Of a stretch of DNA of 64,000 nt, positions 9,469 through 20,800 are shown piece by piece. Numbering within the stretch: position 1 is the first letter of the stretch; each line of letters opens with the position of its first letter. The stretch comes from an uncultured virus (IMG/VR IMGVR_UViG_3300020185_000037) (Duplodnaviria; Heunggongvirae; Uroviricota; Caudoviricetes), in the IMG/VR virus record IMGVR_UViG_3300020185_000037, positions 1 through 64,000 of that record; one strand, written 5' to 3'. The position numbers and the translations under genes were made by a program. The notes beneath the pieces were generated by a model, which was not told the DNA's origin, searched no databases, and saw only the letters and a program-made list of their open reading frames with translations.

Positions 9469-9680
9469 TAAAACAATTGGGATTTATTGTTGGATTTTGG
9501 AATCCACTTATTAGCTGTTAATTTCTTTTTCATTTTTGGCTTATCAAGTTTAAACTCCTTGCTATTGTATTGTGTATCAAGTCCTTCAAATTCTATAAGC
9601 ATCTTTAAATTTTTATGTCTTTTACTTTCTTGGTAAAATTCATCAAATTCTTCTTCAATCATTAGTTCAAAATCAATCAT
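9468..9680 (-). CDS. Hypothetical protein
   Basis: 70-aa ORF translationally coupled to both neighbours. Confidence 0.6.
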   Translation of the reverse strand: MIDFELMIEEEFDEFYQESKRHKNLKMLIEFEGLDTQYNSKEFKLDKPKMKKKLTANKWIPKSNNKSQLF

Positions 9681-10753
9681 ATGTACAAAGCATCTAATTT
9701 AGAGTTTGTAAAATAATTGCCTATATTTTTTAGGGCTGGTGACTTAAGTTCATAGCATTTCATAACTAAATCATTCAAGTCTTTTATGTCCTCTACATAT
9801 ATATTCAGTCCATTTTCCTTCATAAATTTAGACCACATAAATACAGATTTACCCCTCTTTAATTTCTCAATCATCTTCTTTTTACCAGTCTCATCATTAT
9901 CAAACATGTATCTGGTGGTCGGAATCTCATCAAGCTCTGTAGTTGAACGGCCCGCTGTTGCTAATGCCATTGAATTTGACATAAACATTGCATCAAGTGG
10001 CCCTTCAAATAAAGTTACCGGTCGTGTCATATCAACTCTCATAATATTAAAGAGTGTTGACATCTTATTAACCGATATTAATTCATCGCCTTCAAATGGG
10101 AACTCGCGGTTCATTTCACCATAGAGTTTACCCATGTCGTAAGTTAAGTATCTTGATTTATACTTACCAAGCTTTCTACTTTGACAACCCATTATTTTAC
10201 CATCGGGTGTTTTATTTAGAATCCAAAGATTCTGACCAAACGGCGAATAAAGAAATTCATCAGATTTATTGTGAAGCGCCCGGCCCTTCAAATAGAACCA
10301 GGCAAAATCACCAACTTCAATTGATTGTGCACCAAAATGTTTTTTAAAATCTGCAACTGAAATCGCGGCTTCATGTGCTTTCACATAAATACCGTGCTTC
10401 ATTGTTTCAATCTCTTTTACTTCAGTCTTACGGTTTTTAATGTATTCAATAACAGTAATTGAATCATCTCCGTGACGTAAACGTAAATCGTGGTCTCTTA
10501 ATAATTTATTAAGGTCACCATGCTCACTACAATTATAACAATGAAATTGAAGAGTATCCCAATAAAGGTTACATCTTTTGGCTAAAACATCTTTAGTAGA
10601 ATCACCACAATAAGGACATGCCAAAGTAATTCTACCAGGCATATCTTTTATCATTTGCTTAGAAGGGTGACCGTGCTCACGCACAGCCACCTCTTTTACT
10701 AAGCTTTTAATTTTACTTTTAAGTTCCTCGGTAAGATTAGATATCGAGGCCAT
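9677..10753 (-). CDS. gp61: DNA primase (T4 gp61-like)
   Basis: Zn finger CPYCGDS...HCYNC; TOPRIM motifs EGPLD, FDND and KDLND. Confidence 0.92.
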   Translation of the reverse strand: MASISNLTEELKSKIKSLVKEVAVREHGHPSKQMIKDMPGRITLACPYCGDSTKDVLAKRCNLYWDTLQFHCYNCSEHGDLNKLLRDHDLRLRHGDDSITVIEYIKNRKTEVKEIETMKHGIYVKAHEAAISVADFKKHFGAQSIEVGDFAWFYLKGRALHNKSDEFLYSPFGQNLWILNKTPDGKIMGCQSRKLGKYKSRYLTYDMGKLYGEMNREFPFEGDELISVNKMSTLFNIMRVDMTRPVTLFEGPLDAMFMSNSMALATAGRSTTELDEIPTTRYMFDNDETGKKKMIEKLKRGKSVFMWSKFMKENGLNIYVEDIKDLNDLVMKCYELKSPALKNIGNYFTNSKLDALYI

Positions 10754-11654
10754 CTAGAAATGAGTCAAGGTCATCATCACTACTTACAGTTTCCGTACTC
10801 CCACTAGGTGTTGCGTTAACATTATCTAAATCAAATGATTCAGTTGTTGCTGCTGGAGCTGCCGCTTTTGGTGCAGGTGTTGAAACCTTAGCCATTGGGC
10901 GACCTGGATTTGAGATGTACTGACCTAAAACCTGGTTTACAAAATCGCGTTGCGCGTCGTCCCATGGTTTGTACTCATATACTGACAATGAAGGTGCAGT
11001 ATCTAGTTCAGTTTTGATAGCTTGCATTGAATCAGGCGTACGCTCTGCTGGTGAATCACCAATCATAACCGCTGAAGTTGAAGCTGAGAACTTTGATTTA
11101 TCGTAGTTGTTGTACTCACCTTGACGTGTGATAATCAACTCGAAGTTTTTACCCTCAAACAAGTCAAACACTTGTGTTGGGTCACCAAATGCTGGTGAAA
11201 GTTCTTCGTCGATTTTCTCTTTGATTTTATAACCAAATTTGAAAATCATGTACTGGCCTTCCATTGAAGGATTTTGAGGGTCTTTGATAATTTTAATCAA
11301 AGAGTAGTACTGTTCACGACGCTTAAGCTTATCACTCATCTTACGGTCAACTGCTGAATCAGACTTACGTAGACGGAAGAATGCGTCTTGAATAGGACAC
11401 GCTTCACCTACCGAAGTTGGAGAATCAATTAGTCTACCTGAACCTGAAGGGTCAGTCAACCAGTGTACATACTTACGTACTAATGATTTGCGTGGGTTTT
11501 CTGGATTTGGTACGAAGCGAATAAGTGCTTTGTAAGTACCGTCTTTACCATCGTCAGCTGATGGTTTGTAGATTACATCATTTGTGTTTGATGCTGCTGC
11601 TTTGTGAGTTTCAACGTCGTTGACGCTCAAATTGAAAATGTCAAAATCTGCCAT
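10737..11654 (-). CDS. gp32: Single-stranded DNA-binding protein (T4 gp32-like)
   Basis: ALIRFVP, CPI, FKFGYKI, FDLFEGKNF, NYDKSKF; acidic tail DDDLDSFLDGL. Confidence 0.92.
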   Translation of the reverse strand: MADFDIFNLSVNDVETHKAAASNTNDVIYKPSADDGKDGTYKALIRFVPNPENPRKSLVRKYVHWLTDPSGSGRLIDSPTSVGEACPIQDAFFRLRKSDSAVDRKMSDKLKRREQYYSLIKIIKDPQNPSMEGQYMIFKFGYKIKEKIDEELSPAFGDPTQVFDLFEGKNFELIITRQGEYNNYDKSKFSASTSAVMIGDSPAERTPDSMQAIKTELDTAPSLSVYEYKPWDDAQRDFVNQVLGQYISNPGRPMAKVSTPAPKAAAPAATTESFDLDNVNATPSGSTETVSSDDDLDSFLDGLDI

Positions 11655-11718
11655 GTTTTCTTTAATAATTCTTTAATTTGTTAAACTTTAAATACTGTTA
11701 ATTACCTAATTAACTTCT

Positions 11719-11748
11719 ATTATATACCTATTTTTAAAAAGGTTTCAA
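11719..11748 (-). promoter_or_regulatory. Class-2 promoter upstream of gp32
   Basis: TTGAAAC-N17-TATAAT. Confidence 0.7.
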
Positions 11749-11760
11749 AAATAGTTTGTC

Positions 11761-11943
11761 TTATAGAAAAGTATAAACTGTTCCAACTGTATCAATCCAT
11801 TCATTATCTGATTGTACGGTTAGTCCTGCCTTTTCTAGAAATAGATTTCCCTCCTCTTTAGTTATCTTATTAAGATTAACCATTGATTCAACAATTCTAC
11901 TTAGCTCCATTAATTGACTTGGTGTTAGTCCTTCTCTTTTCAT
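11761..11943 (-). CDS. Hypothetical protein
   Basis: 60-aa ORF with its own TGAAAC-N17-TATAAT promoter at 11948-11976. Confidence 0.6.
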   Translation of the reverse strand: MKREGLTPSQLMELSRIVESMVNLNKITKEEGNLFLEKAGLTVQSDNEWIDTVGTVYTFL

Positions 11944-12084
11944 ACATATTATATAAAACTATTTGTTTTTGTTTCATAATAACATACTACTTTATTATTT
12001 TTAAATATTTTTAACCATAAATGAAACAAAACCCCCAATACCTTCATATAAGTTATGGTTTTATGCCTGAGGGTAAAATACAAT

Positions 12085-12702
12085 TTAAAGTGACCTTACA
12101 TAAGACATGATAAAATAAGCATCAACAAGGTCATCTAAGGGTTTCATAATCTTTTTATCTTCTTTGAATTCTTGACAAAAGTTCCAAAGACCCGACTCAC
12201 GATTAGACTCATCATTTATGTAAACATCCCACATTTGCATCTTACTCATATTACCTTTACCAGCATGTTTCTTTATTGTTGTAGGGGCGTAAACTTCAAG
12301 TACAGTAACATTAAAACGATCAATCAAATAAGATTTCAAGATTGAAGATGCTGAAGCTAAATCAATAAGTGAGTTTGTACCAAATCTTGAGGTCCCGTAA
12401 GAAGAACCTTCAAAATAGATTTTATATTCTTCATCTGTATTCGTATGTTCTGCAATTAAATTGCATATACCTTCAGCAATTGCACGATGTCTAAGGACTC
12501 GAGTCATTTCTTGCTTATCAACATTAGGCTCAGGTTGATTTACTAAAGTAACATCATTAAGAAGATTCATCTCCTCTTGTAGAGCTTGTTGTTTCTTTGT
12601 TCCGGATTTGGGTTTAATATAAGAAATATAATAAGGCTGTCCCTCTTTTAAAATACAGATACCCGGTGAGTTGATCGAATAATCGATTGCTATTAAATTC
12701 AA
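12085..12702 (-). CDS. RuvC-like Holliday junction resolvase
   Basis: IAIDYSINSPG, FEG, PTTIKK..GKGN..K, DDLVDAY; probable TTG start at 12702. Confidence 0.8.
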   Translation of the reverse strand: MNLIAIDYSINSPGICILKEGQPYYISYIKPKSGTKKQQALQEEMNLLNDVTLVNQPEPNVDKQEMTRVLRHRAIAEGICNLIAEHTNTDEEYKIYFEGSSYGTSRFGTNSLIDLASASSILKSYLIDRFNVTVLEVYAPTTIKKHAGKGNMSKMQMWDVYINDESNRESGLWNFCQEFKEDKKIMKPLDDLVDAYFIMSYVRSL

Positions 12703-12703
12703 A

Positions 12704-13072
12704 TTAAAGTTTTTTACCCAGTGAAGCACCTAACGCAGCACCTACTAATCTAGAAGTTAATAAATCATAGAACACGCCTTTTTCAATACCCAGTACTTTA
12801 GCGACAATCTTACCAACTGATTTACCTAAAGCAAACCCTGTAAGACCACCTATAATAGAACCTAATAAACCTTCATTAGTAATTTCATTGTTAAGTTTAT
12901 CAATATTGTAAGTACCATCTTCATTTGTATACTCTATTAAAAAAGCATCAACAGCTTCATCAATTCTTTCTTCAAGCTCTGGTGTCCACTCTTGATTTAA
13001 AGATTCGTTAATAGCATTGATATCAGCCTCTGTGACATTTTGCTCTTCTAAGTATGTTAAAAATGTTTTCAT
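12704..13072 (-). CDS. Virion-associated protein with capsid-targeting-like leader and Gly-rich hydrophobic C-terminus
   Basis: MKTFLTYLEEQNVTE-A; NEGLLGSIIGGLTG; GATATATA immediately upstream. Confidence 0.6.
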   Translation of the reverse strand: MKTFLTYLEEQNVTEADINAINESLNQEWTPELEERIDEAVDAFLIEYTNEDGTYNIDKLNNEITNEGLLGSIIGGLTGFALGKSVGKIVAKVLGIEKGVFYDLLTSRLVGAALGASLGKKL

Positions 13073-13082
13073 ATTGTATATA

Positions 13083-13634
13083 TCAGTCTATTTCATTTAT
13101 CAGATTAAACTTATTATAAAAGAAAGAAATATCAATTGTTGAAAAGTCTGCTACGTTTTCAGCCATGTTTAAATCAAGTTCTGAAATAGAATTCATAATT
13201 GGTTTTTCAAAAACAACGGACATTACGTGAATACCCTCAGCATCTAACAATTGTAATTTTAAATCATCAACAAAAGGTTTAGTATTATCTTTATTATAAT
13301 GATATAGTAAAGTGTCTGTTAAAATCCAATAATTTATAAAGCCATCGAGTAACTGCATTTTAATTGTTAATTCTCTATTAACTAAATTTTGTATTGGTAT
13401 ATAACCTCTAGTAAATTTAGTTGTACCATCATTAAAATTTTGTTCAGATGGTGTAAAAGAAACACCTGGTATATTAATGCCTTGAATCGTATAGTTAATA
13501 AAATCTATAGGTTCTTCAATAATGTTACCCGGCATTCTATTAAGGTATGGCTTATATTTGTCAGCAACCTCTTTAGGTATAAAATTCTTAGGAAACTTAA
13601 AATTAAATAAATTACTTCTACTGTTTAGTATCAT
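13083..13634 (-). CDS. Tail tube terminator/completion protein (gp3/gp19 fold)
   Basis: IQGINIPG, NYW, LQLLD, FxY pattern; size and context. Confidence 0.6.
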   Translation of the reverse strand: MILNSRSNLFNFKFPKNFIPKEVADKYKPYLNRMPGNIIEEPIDFINYTIQGINIPGVSFTPSEQNFNDGTTKFTRGYIPIQNLVNRELTIKMQLLDGFINYWILTDTLLYHYNKDNTKPFVDDLKLQLLDAEGIHVMSVVFEKPIMNSISELDLNMAENVADFSTIDISFFYNKFNLINEID

Positions 13635-13644
13635 ATCAATTTAA

Positions 13645-15813
13645 TTATCTAGGTCCAACCGTATTTATTCTACCTAAACCACTTTTTAAATTAGTTCTAG
13701 AACTTCCAGGTGCTTGCTTATTTTTGACCACTGTAGTTATACTATTATCTGCAACTTCAGTTACTATTCTTTTTATTACCTTAATAGTATTATTACCTAT
13801 GATATCATATGTACCATGGTGTATAAGCGTTTTATCAGTGCCATTATAAATAGACAACATATAAACCCTGTCATCTTCTTTTGCAATTGAATTCATTGCA
13901 CTTTCATCAATTCTAAACATAATTTCACCTTCAGCTAATTCAACGTTAGCATAGTTAAGTGAGTTTTCAATTTGAATATTACCAAAATTTAATAATACAC
14001 GTTGAACTGATTCTAGACCAATGTTTAAATAATCATCACCATCTTTTTTGGCAATCTTAAATTTAAGATAATTATCAAATGGTGATAGTGTTAAACTGCT
14101 TTCGCCGTCCGCAAAGAACGTTATTTCAGAATTATCAACAGCTTCATTATCAACAATATTTACACTAGTTGAACCTGTAACAATATTTGTTCTTTCAATA
14201 AATGAAGGTACAAATCTAGTTTGGTTATTTGGAAGTGTTGACATGTTTTGAATAATCTGATTATTCTCTAGTACATTAGGCAACGTATTATAAACCTTAA
14301 GTATTTGATTACTTGCAGGTAGATTAATATTTCTTAAACGCTTACCATACTTTCCAACATTGTATGATGTATATGATGCCTTTTTAACAATTTGAGTATT
14401 ATTGGTCTCGTTGTATATTCTAATAGATAAGTCAATATTGTATGCGGTTGCTGTTGCTGAATTTGTAATGACTGGTCTAAATGGAATTGCTTGGTCAAAA
14501 TTACTATTTTTTGACATTGACATTTCATAAGACTTATTAAAGAACGTTTGAATTTGTTCATAAACAACAATGTCATAAAATACTGTAATATCATCACTTG
14601 ATGTTTGTAGTCTATTTGTTATGTAAGTATCGAAGGAAACTATTGAACCATCTTTAGTTGCAAATAGATTAAAGAAGTCACCATCAGGCGCCTCTTCAAT
14701 AACAGCTGCGATATCTTGATATTCATCCTCACGTGGAACCGTAATCTGAACTTCTTCTGCTGTATTAATATATTCAAACCCTGAATCAACTTGCGTATCA
14801 CTAATTAGTTTAAATGAAACTTCATAATTTGACAAAGGATTTACAGCATCTGAACCAGTACCAAAGAACCAGTTGTCAAAGTCTGGATCCATATTAGCAA
14901 GTGCTGGAACTTTAATCTCAATAAATTTAGAATACATCGTCTCACCTAAAATAAAAGGCTTTGAGTTTTGTATTTCAAATGATGAAGTATTTAAGTATAC
15001 TATTGATGTTAAATAGTTTTTAACTCCAGAAACTCTAGAAGCTGCAACTTGAAATAAGAAGCCGTCATAACCCCTAGATGAAAAATCGTAACCAGATTTT
15101 AAATGTAATCTAACAGTATCGTAAGTTATAGTACCTAATGAAATATCAACAGCATCTGCTTTATCAATTGTTGTTGAAGTTGAACCTGTCCAATCTACTT
15201 TATTATCAATGTAATTATTAGTTGAATCTAAAAGCGCATATTTTGAACCCTGTTCAGCGTCAATTAAAACAGCTTGATATCTACCAGGTGACCCGGCACC
15301 CGTCTTAATATCATTACCCGTTTCTTCATCTGCTGTAGCATATAAAGGATTAGCTGTATTTTGAACAGTTATTTTACCACCGATTAAATCAGAATACTCA
15401 TAAGTATATTGACCGTTTGTAGTTGGTGTTATTGTATATGTTGTAGAAACTAATGTACCTAATTGATTTCCTGTAACATCTTTAATAATAAAGTCACCCG
15501 GCGTTGTAAGTGCTGAAACATTAAATTTATAAGTCTTACCGTTTGCAAGTGTTAAAGTTCTTGCGGCAAAGTTTTCAATTAAAACATAAGCGCCACTTTC
15601 AGTTACATCAAAATTAACTACAGCTGCACCTAATTCATGAATAAGATGTCTACTGTCAGACGCACTCGCAGTTGTATTTAAAGCAAGTGGATGTGACCCA
15701 TTATCATCAATTTCAATTTGATAATTAGGTAGCGTTGCTACAGTTTGATCATGATAGATAAACTCTAGTAAAACGTCTTGGTCTAATCTTGCATATTTTG
15801 ACGATTGTGCCAT
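13645..15813 (-). CDS. Putative structural (tail/baseplate) protein
   Basis: 722-aa beta-rich, S/T/N-rich ORF in the structural operon. Confidence 0.55.
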   Translation of the reverse strand: MAQSSKYARLDQDVLLEFIYHDQTVATLPNYQIEIDDNGSHPLALNTTASASDSRHLIHELGAAVVNFDVTESGAYVLIENFAARTLTLANGKTYKFNVSALTTPGDFIIKDVTGNQLGTLVSTTYTITPTTNGQYTYEYSDLIGGKITVQNTANPLYATADEETGNDIKTGAGSPGRYQAVLIDAEQGSKYALLDSTNNYIDNKVDWTGSTSTTIDKADAVDISLGTITYDTVRLHLKSGYDFSSRGYDGFLFQVAASRVSGVKNYLTSIVYLNTSSFEIQNSKPFILGETMYSKFIEIKVPALANMDPDFDNWFFGTGSDAVNPLSNYEVSFKLISDTQVDSGFEYINTAEEVQITVPREDEYQDIAAVIEEAPDGDFFNLFATKDGSIVSFDTYITNRLQTSSDDITVFYDIVVYEQIQTFFNKSYEMSMSKNSNFDQAIPFRPVITNSATATAYNIDLSIRIYNETNNTQIVKKASYTSYNVGKYGKRLRNINLPASNQILKVYNTLPNVLENNQIIQNMSTLPNNQTRFVPSFIERTNIVTGSTSVNIVDNEAVDNSEITFFADGESSLTLSPFDNYLKFKIAKKDGDDYLNIGLESVQRVLLNFGNIQIENSLNYANVELAEGEIMFRIDESAMNSIAKEDDRVYMLSIYNGTDKTLIHHGTYDIIGNNTIKVIKRIVTEVADNSITTVVKNKQAPGSSRTNLKSGLGRINTVGPR

Positions 15814-15829
15814 CTATTAGTTTCCTTTA

Positions 15830-16591
15830 TTAAAATTGTAACCACTTTGGTGAATAACCCAATACTACTCCAATAAATGGATTTGCGTTAAGCGTACCAC
15901 CAGCTGTGGGGTATAGACCGTAGCCAACACCAACGTTAACATTCCATCTACTTTTCTTTTTGTATATATTCAACTCATTATTGATAAGGTTTATTCCTTG
16001 AATATTCATATTATCAAAAGGGTACTTTGTACTAAGTCTCATGCTATTAACACCATCATTATTTTCAAGTACTGCCATTAGAGTTATTGTTTGTTTTATT
16101 GTAAGGTTACCTTGAACCTGACCGTCATTAATTTTACCGTCAATTTTTACAATTCTAGTGTTGTCATCACCATAATTTGCTGAATCTATAAATGTAAAAG
16201 TTGAATCAGCCTTAATGTCACTGTAAATAAGTAAACTATCTTTATTAGCTAACTGTGCAGATAATAAAGCATTAATACCTTTAAGATCTTTATTTAAATC
16301 TAAAGACTTTTTATATTTGCTTATTAGTTTTGAATAATCACCTGATAATTCTTCATTACTTGCAGCGTAAGTTTTAATCTCAGCTTCTAAATAGCCATTG
16401 TTATTAACATACAGTTCTACAGTATCCTGGGAAGCTGCATAGTTTGCGTTAGCATTCTGAACATCCATCTCAAGTACCTTCACGTCTTCTTTAAGAGAAG
16501 ACACTCTAGAACACTGACCTAATAATACAAAAGCTAAAACAGCTATCACTATAAAAGGTATCCAGTCTTTATTTATATTAATATTAATCAC
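15830..16591 (-). CDS. Spanin-like membrane/lipoprotein
   Basis: Hydrophobic N-terminus ending LLGQ-C, coiled coil, C-terminal amphipathic beta hairpin (VGVGYG...GVVLGYSPKWLQF). Confidence 0.55.
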   Translation of the reverse strand: MINININKDWIPFIVIAVLAFVLLGQCSRVSSLKEDVKVLEMDVQNANANYAASQDTVELYVNNNGYLEAEIKTYAASNEELSGDYSKLISKYKKSLDLNKDLKGINALLSAQLANKDSLLIYSDIKADSTFTFIDSANYGDDNTRIVKIDGKINDGQVQGNLTIKQTITLMAVLENNDGVNSMRLSTKYPFDNMNIQGINLINNELNIYKKKSRWNVNVGVGYGLYPTAGGTLNANPFIGVVLGYSPKWLQF

Positions 16592-17820
16592 TATGGTTGA
16601 TATGTTAAATTATTAGCTCCTAAATAAATCATATAACCAACAGTTGATGTTTGTGGTGAAAGATCTACAGTTTTAGCACCCTCGGAACTAGTTGTATTAT
16701 TACTTAAGTATGTAACGTTGTTAGCACCAGAACCACCACCAACACCATAATTAGTAGCTGGTACAGTATGTGTATGATTGTCTGCTGTTTGTACGGATGT
16801 TAAATCGGCAACACTATTAGCACCATATTTACCACTATTTAAATCCTTAGATGCCGGTGAAGCCAAACCGCTCTTTGAAAAACCTAATGGGAATCTATCT
16901 GCCATGTCAGGTACTGTGTAAGAAACACCACCGCCACTCCAAGTTCTACCATTACAATAATACCAACCGGCCCATGCGCCTTTACCCCTACCATAATACG
17001 TAGGTGAGCCTGGCAGGCTGGCAGATGGTTCCCACTCAACATATGTGTATGTTAGATTAAAGGGTGGTGTACCTGTATATGCGTTGTAAATAAATGAAGG
17101 TATCATTACAATAGTACCAATCGGTGTTTCAAAAGCAGGTGCCCATGCAGCTGTACCAGATGCATCTGATGATGTTAACACCTTACCAGTACCGGGTGTA
17201 CCCGATGTAATTTTCAAACCAGAATTAATTTCAAGGTTTGAATTAAATTGAGAAGTACCACTAGATAAAATAACTTCGTTGTTTGAATTATTTAATATAA
17301 TTCTATTACCATTAAATTTATAATCAATAGATGATGGTGAACCAAGCGTATTTGTAACAAATTGAAGTTCTCTAGTACCTGAAGTTTCAGAATAAGTTAT
17401 ATCGATATATTCAGATGACGTTTGTGTACTTAGTCTAAGTTGTCTAGCTATCGCAGGTGTTGATTTAATATTTAAAACAGAATCTGAATATCCAGTTAGT
17501 GATGCTGGATTAGTTTCTCCTAAAACTAAAGTAGTAGCAGTACCCTGTGTTGAAACACTAGGCGTGAGTGTAAAATTATTAGGTAAAACACCAACCTTGT
17601 CAAAATAATCTGTTGAAAGTCCAGTCGGACCCTGCGGTCCAGTTTGACCCTGTGCACCTTGTGCTCCAGTTGAACCAATAGCACCTGAAGCACCTTGTGA
17701 CCCTATAGATCCTACAGGACCTCCACCATTTGCAACAACTTGATCAAAATTGTAATTAATCTTTTCATTCACCTGGCTAGATGAATCAGTTGAAAGTATT
17801 TCTTTAATGTTAATAGCCAT
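16591..17820 (-). CDS. Tail fibre with collagen-like repeat and tail-collar domain
   Basis: About 11 Gly-X-Y triplets; PIGTIV...GWYYCNG...PDMADRF collar motif; HTH motif. Confidence 0.8.
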   Translation of the reverse strand: MAINIKEILSTDSSSQVNEKINYNFDQVVANGGGPVGSIGSQGASGAIGSTGAQGAQGQTGPQGPTGLSTDYFDKVGVLPNNFTLTPSVSTQGTATTLVLGETNPASLTGYSDSVLNIKSTPAIARQLRLSTQTSSEYIDITYSETSGTRELQFVTNTLGSPSSIDYKFNGNRIILNNSNNEVILSSGTSQFNSNLEINSGLKITSGTPGTGKVLTSSDASGTAAWAPAFETPIGTIVMIPSFIYNAYTGTPPFNLTYTYVEWEPSASLPGSPTYYGRGKGAWAGWYYCNGRTWSGGGVSYTVPDMADRFPLGFSKSGLASPASKDLNSGKYGANSVADLTSVQTADNHTHTVPATNYGVGGGSGANNVTYLSNNTTSSEGAKTVDLSPQTSTVGYMIYLGANNLTYQP

Positions 17821-17826
17821 CTTATG

Positions 17827-20800
17827 TTAGCTGTTTATTTTTGTATAGATATAGAACTGATGTTTGAAACCAGGCCTCTTATTATATATTACTTTTATAT
17901 TCAATGGATTTTTCACGTCATACTCTAATCTAAATGAAGTGTCTTCTACAAATCTAGAATCTAAAATATCATTTAAACTATTAATTGAAGCAACCTCACT
18001 ACTTAATATTTGCTTAGACGGTGTATTAAATAATCTAACCTCATTTATATTTAACAACTTGAGCATATTAACTTCAATATACTTTTTAATATCATCATCA
18101 AGCGTCGTTTTGTCACCATATGAATTTGATGCTAATACATATTTTTTAATATATGCACCTGCGTTGTCATCGATTAAAACATTTGTAAGTCTGTTACCTA
18201 AGTATAAATCTATATACACGTTATCATTGTCTTCAAATAAAACAACATCACCATTATAAGTACCCGTGCTTTTAATAGCTTTCATATCTGATAAACCTGT
18301 AGCTAATTTAGTATTAGGATATGAAGTAATTTCATATTGGTTTTTAGGTAGATTTAATGTTGACGCAAGAAATGCGCTTTCTTCATACGCTGAAAGTGTG
18401 CCATATACATTAATGTTTTGATTTTGAATACCATTCTTAATATAGTATTCATCCTCCCATGAAGACCTAAATACATTAACGTCTCTTTTATCAATAGCTA
18501 TTTCACTAATAAGTCTGTATACTGGTGGCGTTGTACTATTTGATAGTTTAAGAATACCGTCTGCCTTTTCAGGATTAATTTTATGGTAATTTAAGTTTTC
18601 AATTACACCCCATTTATCATGACCTTCATATTGTGCCGATCCAAATACAATACCCATTCTATTATATCTATTATAAAGTATCTTCTCTCTTGGATCTTCT
18701 ACAGTCAACACGTCACCGTCATCAAATATCTGTGAAGTTTTATAAGGTCTGTACATATCTGTAAATGAAACTACAGTCCTTGTTAATGGTGTATAATCAC
18801 CAGACATTCTAATAAGTTCAGTGGTATATGGTGTATCACGTTCATTAACAACATATCCAACTTTTCCAGCACTAACCTTAAATGTTTCAGGCTTATTAGG
18901 GTCAGATGATGTAGTTAATTTAGATTGCTTTTTAACATAATGACCATCTTCAATATTTAATATAAATCTATTATTATTAATAGTACCATCAGTTTCTACT
19001 GTAATATATTCAACTTTTTCAGTATCATTTAAATTTAATAAATCAACTATAGATTTAGTCGATATAGATTCAAATGTTGCCTTAGCAAGATTATAACCAC
19101 CACCGATATATGTAAAATCTTTACCTATACCAAAAGTTGATGGCTCTTGTGTAATTGCAAGGAAATTTGTTTTGCTTTCATTTTGTATTTTACCAGGTTG
19201 TCCATCAACCGCAATTACAGTTAATCTAGATGAATTTTCAACACTTATAACTGGTAACACCCAAGTATCATTAGCGTAATCAAATTTAATAACATTATAA
19301 CCGCCGTCTTCGTTTATTTGAATGTCTTTTATAAAATCAACACCAACACCCGTTACGTTTATGGTTTTTGGATCATTATCTAATTGAACACTAAAATCTA
19401 AATAACCATTTATTTTAGTATCTGATAAATTACCAAAACTATCAGAAAAACTTTTTAAATGATATAATAATTTTCTATTAACAAAAAGTGCATTTTGTTC
19501 GGTTGTTAAAACTTCAATATAAATTGTAATAGTTTTAAATTCTTTATTTTGAATAACTTTAATAGTTGAGTCATCTACACTTTGATTAGCTTTATAATTT
19601 AAGACAGCACTAAACTTATAGTCGTTAAACTCAGCCGTGTTAATTAAGTTTTTAGGATTAAGTTCTGTAAACTCTTTTCTTGCAAAGGCTTTAACCTTAA
19701 GACCTCTAAACATAGTTTCAGCAGGCGCATTAACAGAACCCTTTACAAAGGTAGTATATTTTTTTGTTATTACAGCTGGCGCAAACCCAACACCCGTAAT
19801 ATCAAAACCATCATATACAAATAAACTATTAAACCAATCATTATTAATATCCATTAATTTTGAAGCATCTAATTCAATGCTTAACTCTGGTTGTAAATAC
19901 GAATAATTACTTTTTATAAAATCTAAAGCGTTTGATTTTTGTAAAGGATCGGTTGCATCATAATAATTAGGGTGGCCATAAATATAGTACCACTCATGTG
20001 TCATAGCATCTGCATTAGTGCCATCAATCTTTATATTAGGTGCAAAATTAGTTTTACCAAAAGCTTCACTCATTGAAAGCATATATGGATTTTCTCTAAC
20101 GTTTACACCATCTAAATATCTCCACTTATTTATAGTAGGTATAATTCTAGAAGTTAGTGCTAATTCTTTTATATAGTTTTCTTGTAGTCTATCATATTCA
20201 GAATAAATTTTAGATACACCAGAAGATGTTATTGTAACTTCCTGTTTGATATTTTCAAGACCTTTAAAGAAATTAAACGATGGGGTATTGAAGTCATTAA
20301 GATTATCAATATAATTGGTATCTACACCCGAGTCTACATCTTCATATTGCAGTTCTTTAGGTTTTGAATGCATTGTTGAAAAGAAATCAAAATCAAAATC
20401 AACAAAATCAAAAGCTTCGAACTTACCAAACGTAACCTTGTTCTCTATCCATAAACTTAAACTAGAATCTTGTACATTTATTGAGTCAATTGATTTATCA
20501 ACACAAACTCTATATTTATTATCAAATACAGGGTCCGCAACCACTTCAATAACCTTTGCAAAAGTATTACCTGATTTAATATAAGTATCACCACTTAAAT
20601 CACCAATCTCTTCAAACTCTATTAATAAAGAATTTCCAATTGCAGAGCCACCAACCATACCGTGTATTGTATAATCAGTATCAAAACTTGGGCTTATAAA
20701 TGTTAAATCAATATCTGGGTTTAATAAGCTAGTTTCAATATTTAAATATGTGGGTACTGTAACGCCATCATTTTTAATAGCTAAAAATGCATTCCCAACA

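Noticed and set aside
7502..10753. Inteins, introns or homing endonucleases in uvsW or primase
   Set aside because: Lengths are ordinary and no splice-junction or LAGLIDADG/HNH/GIY-YIG motifs were seen
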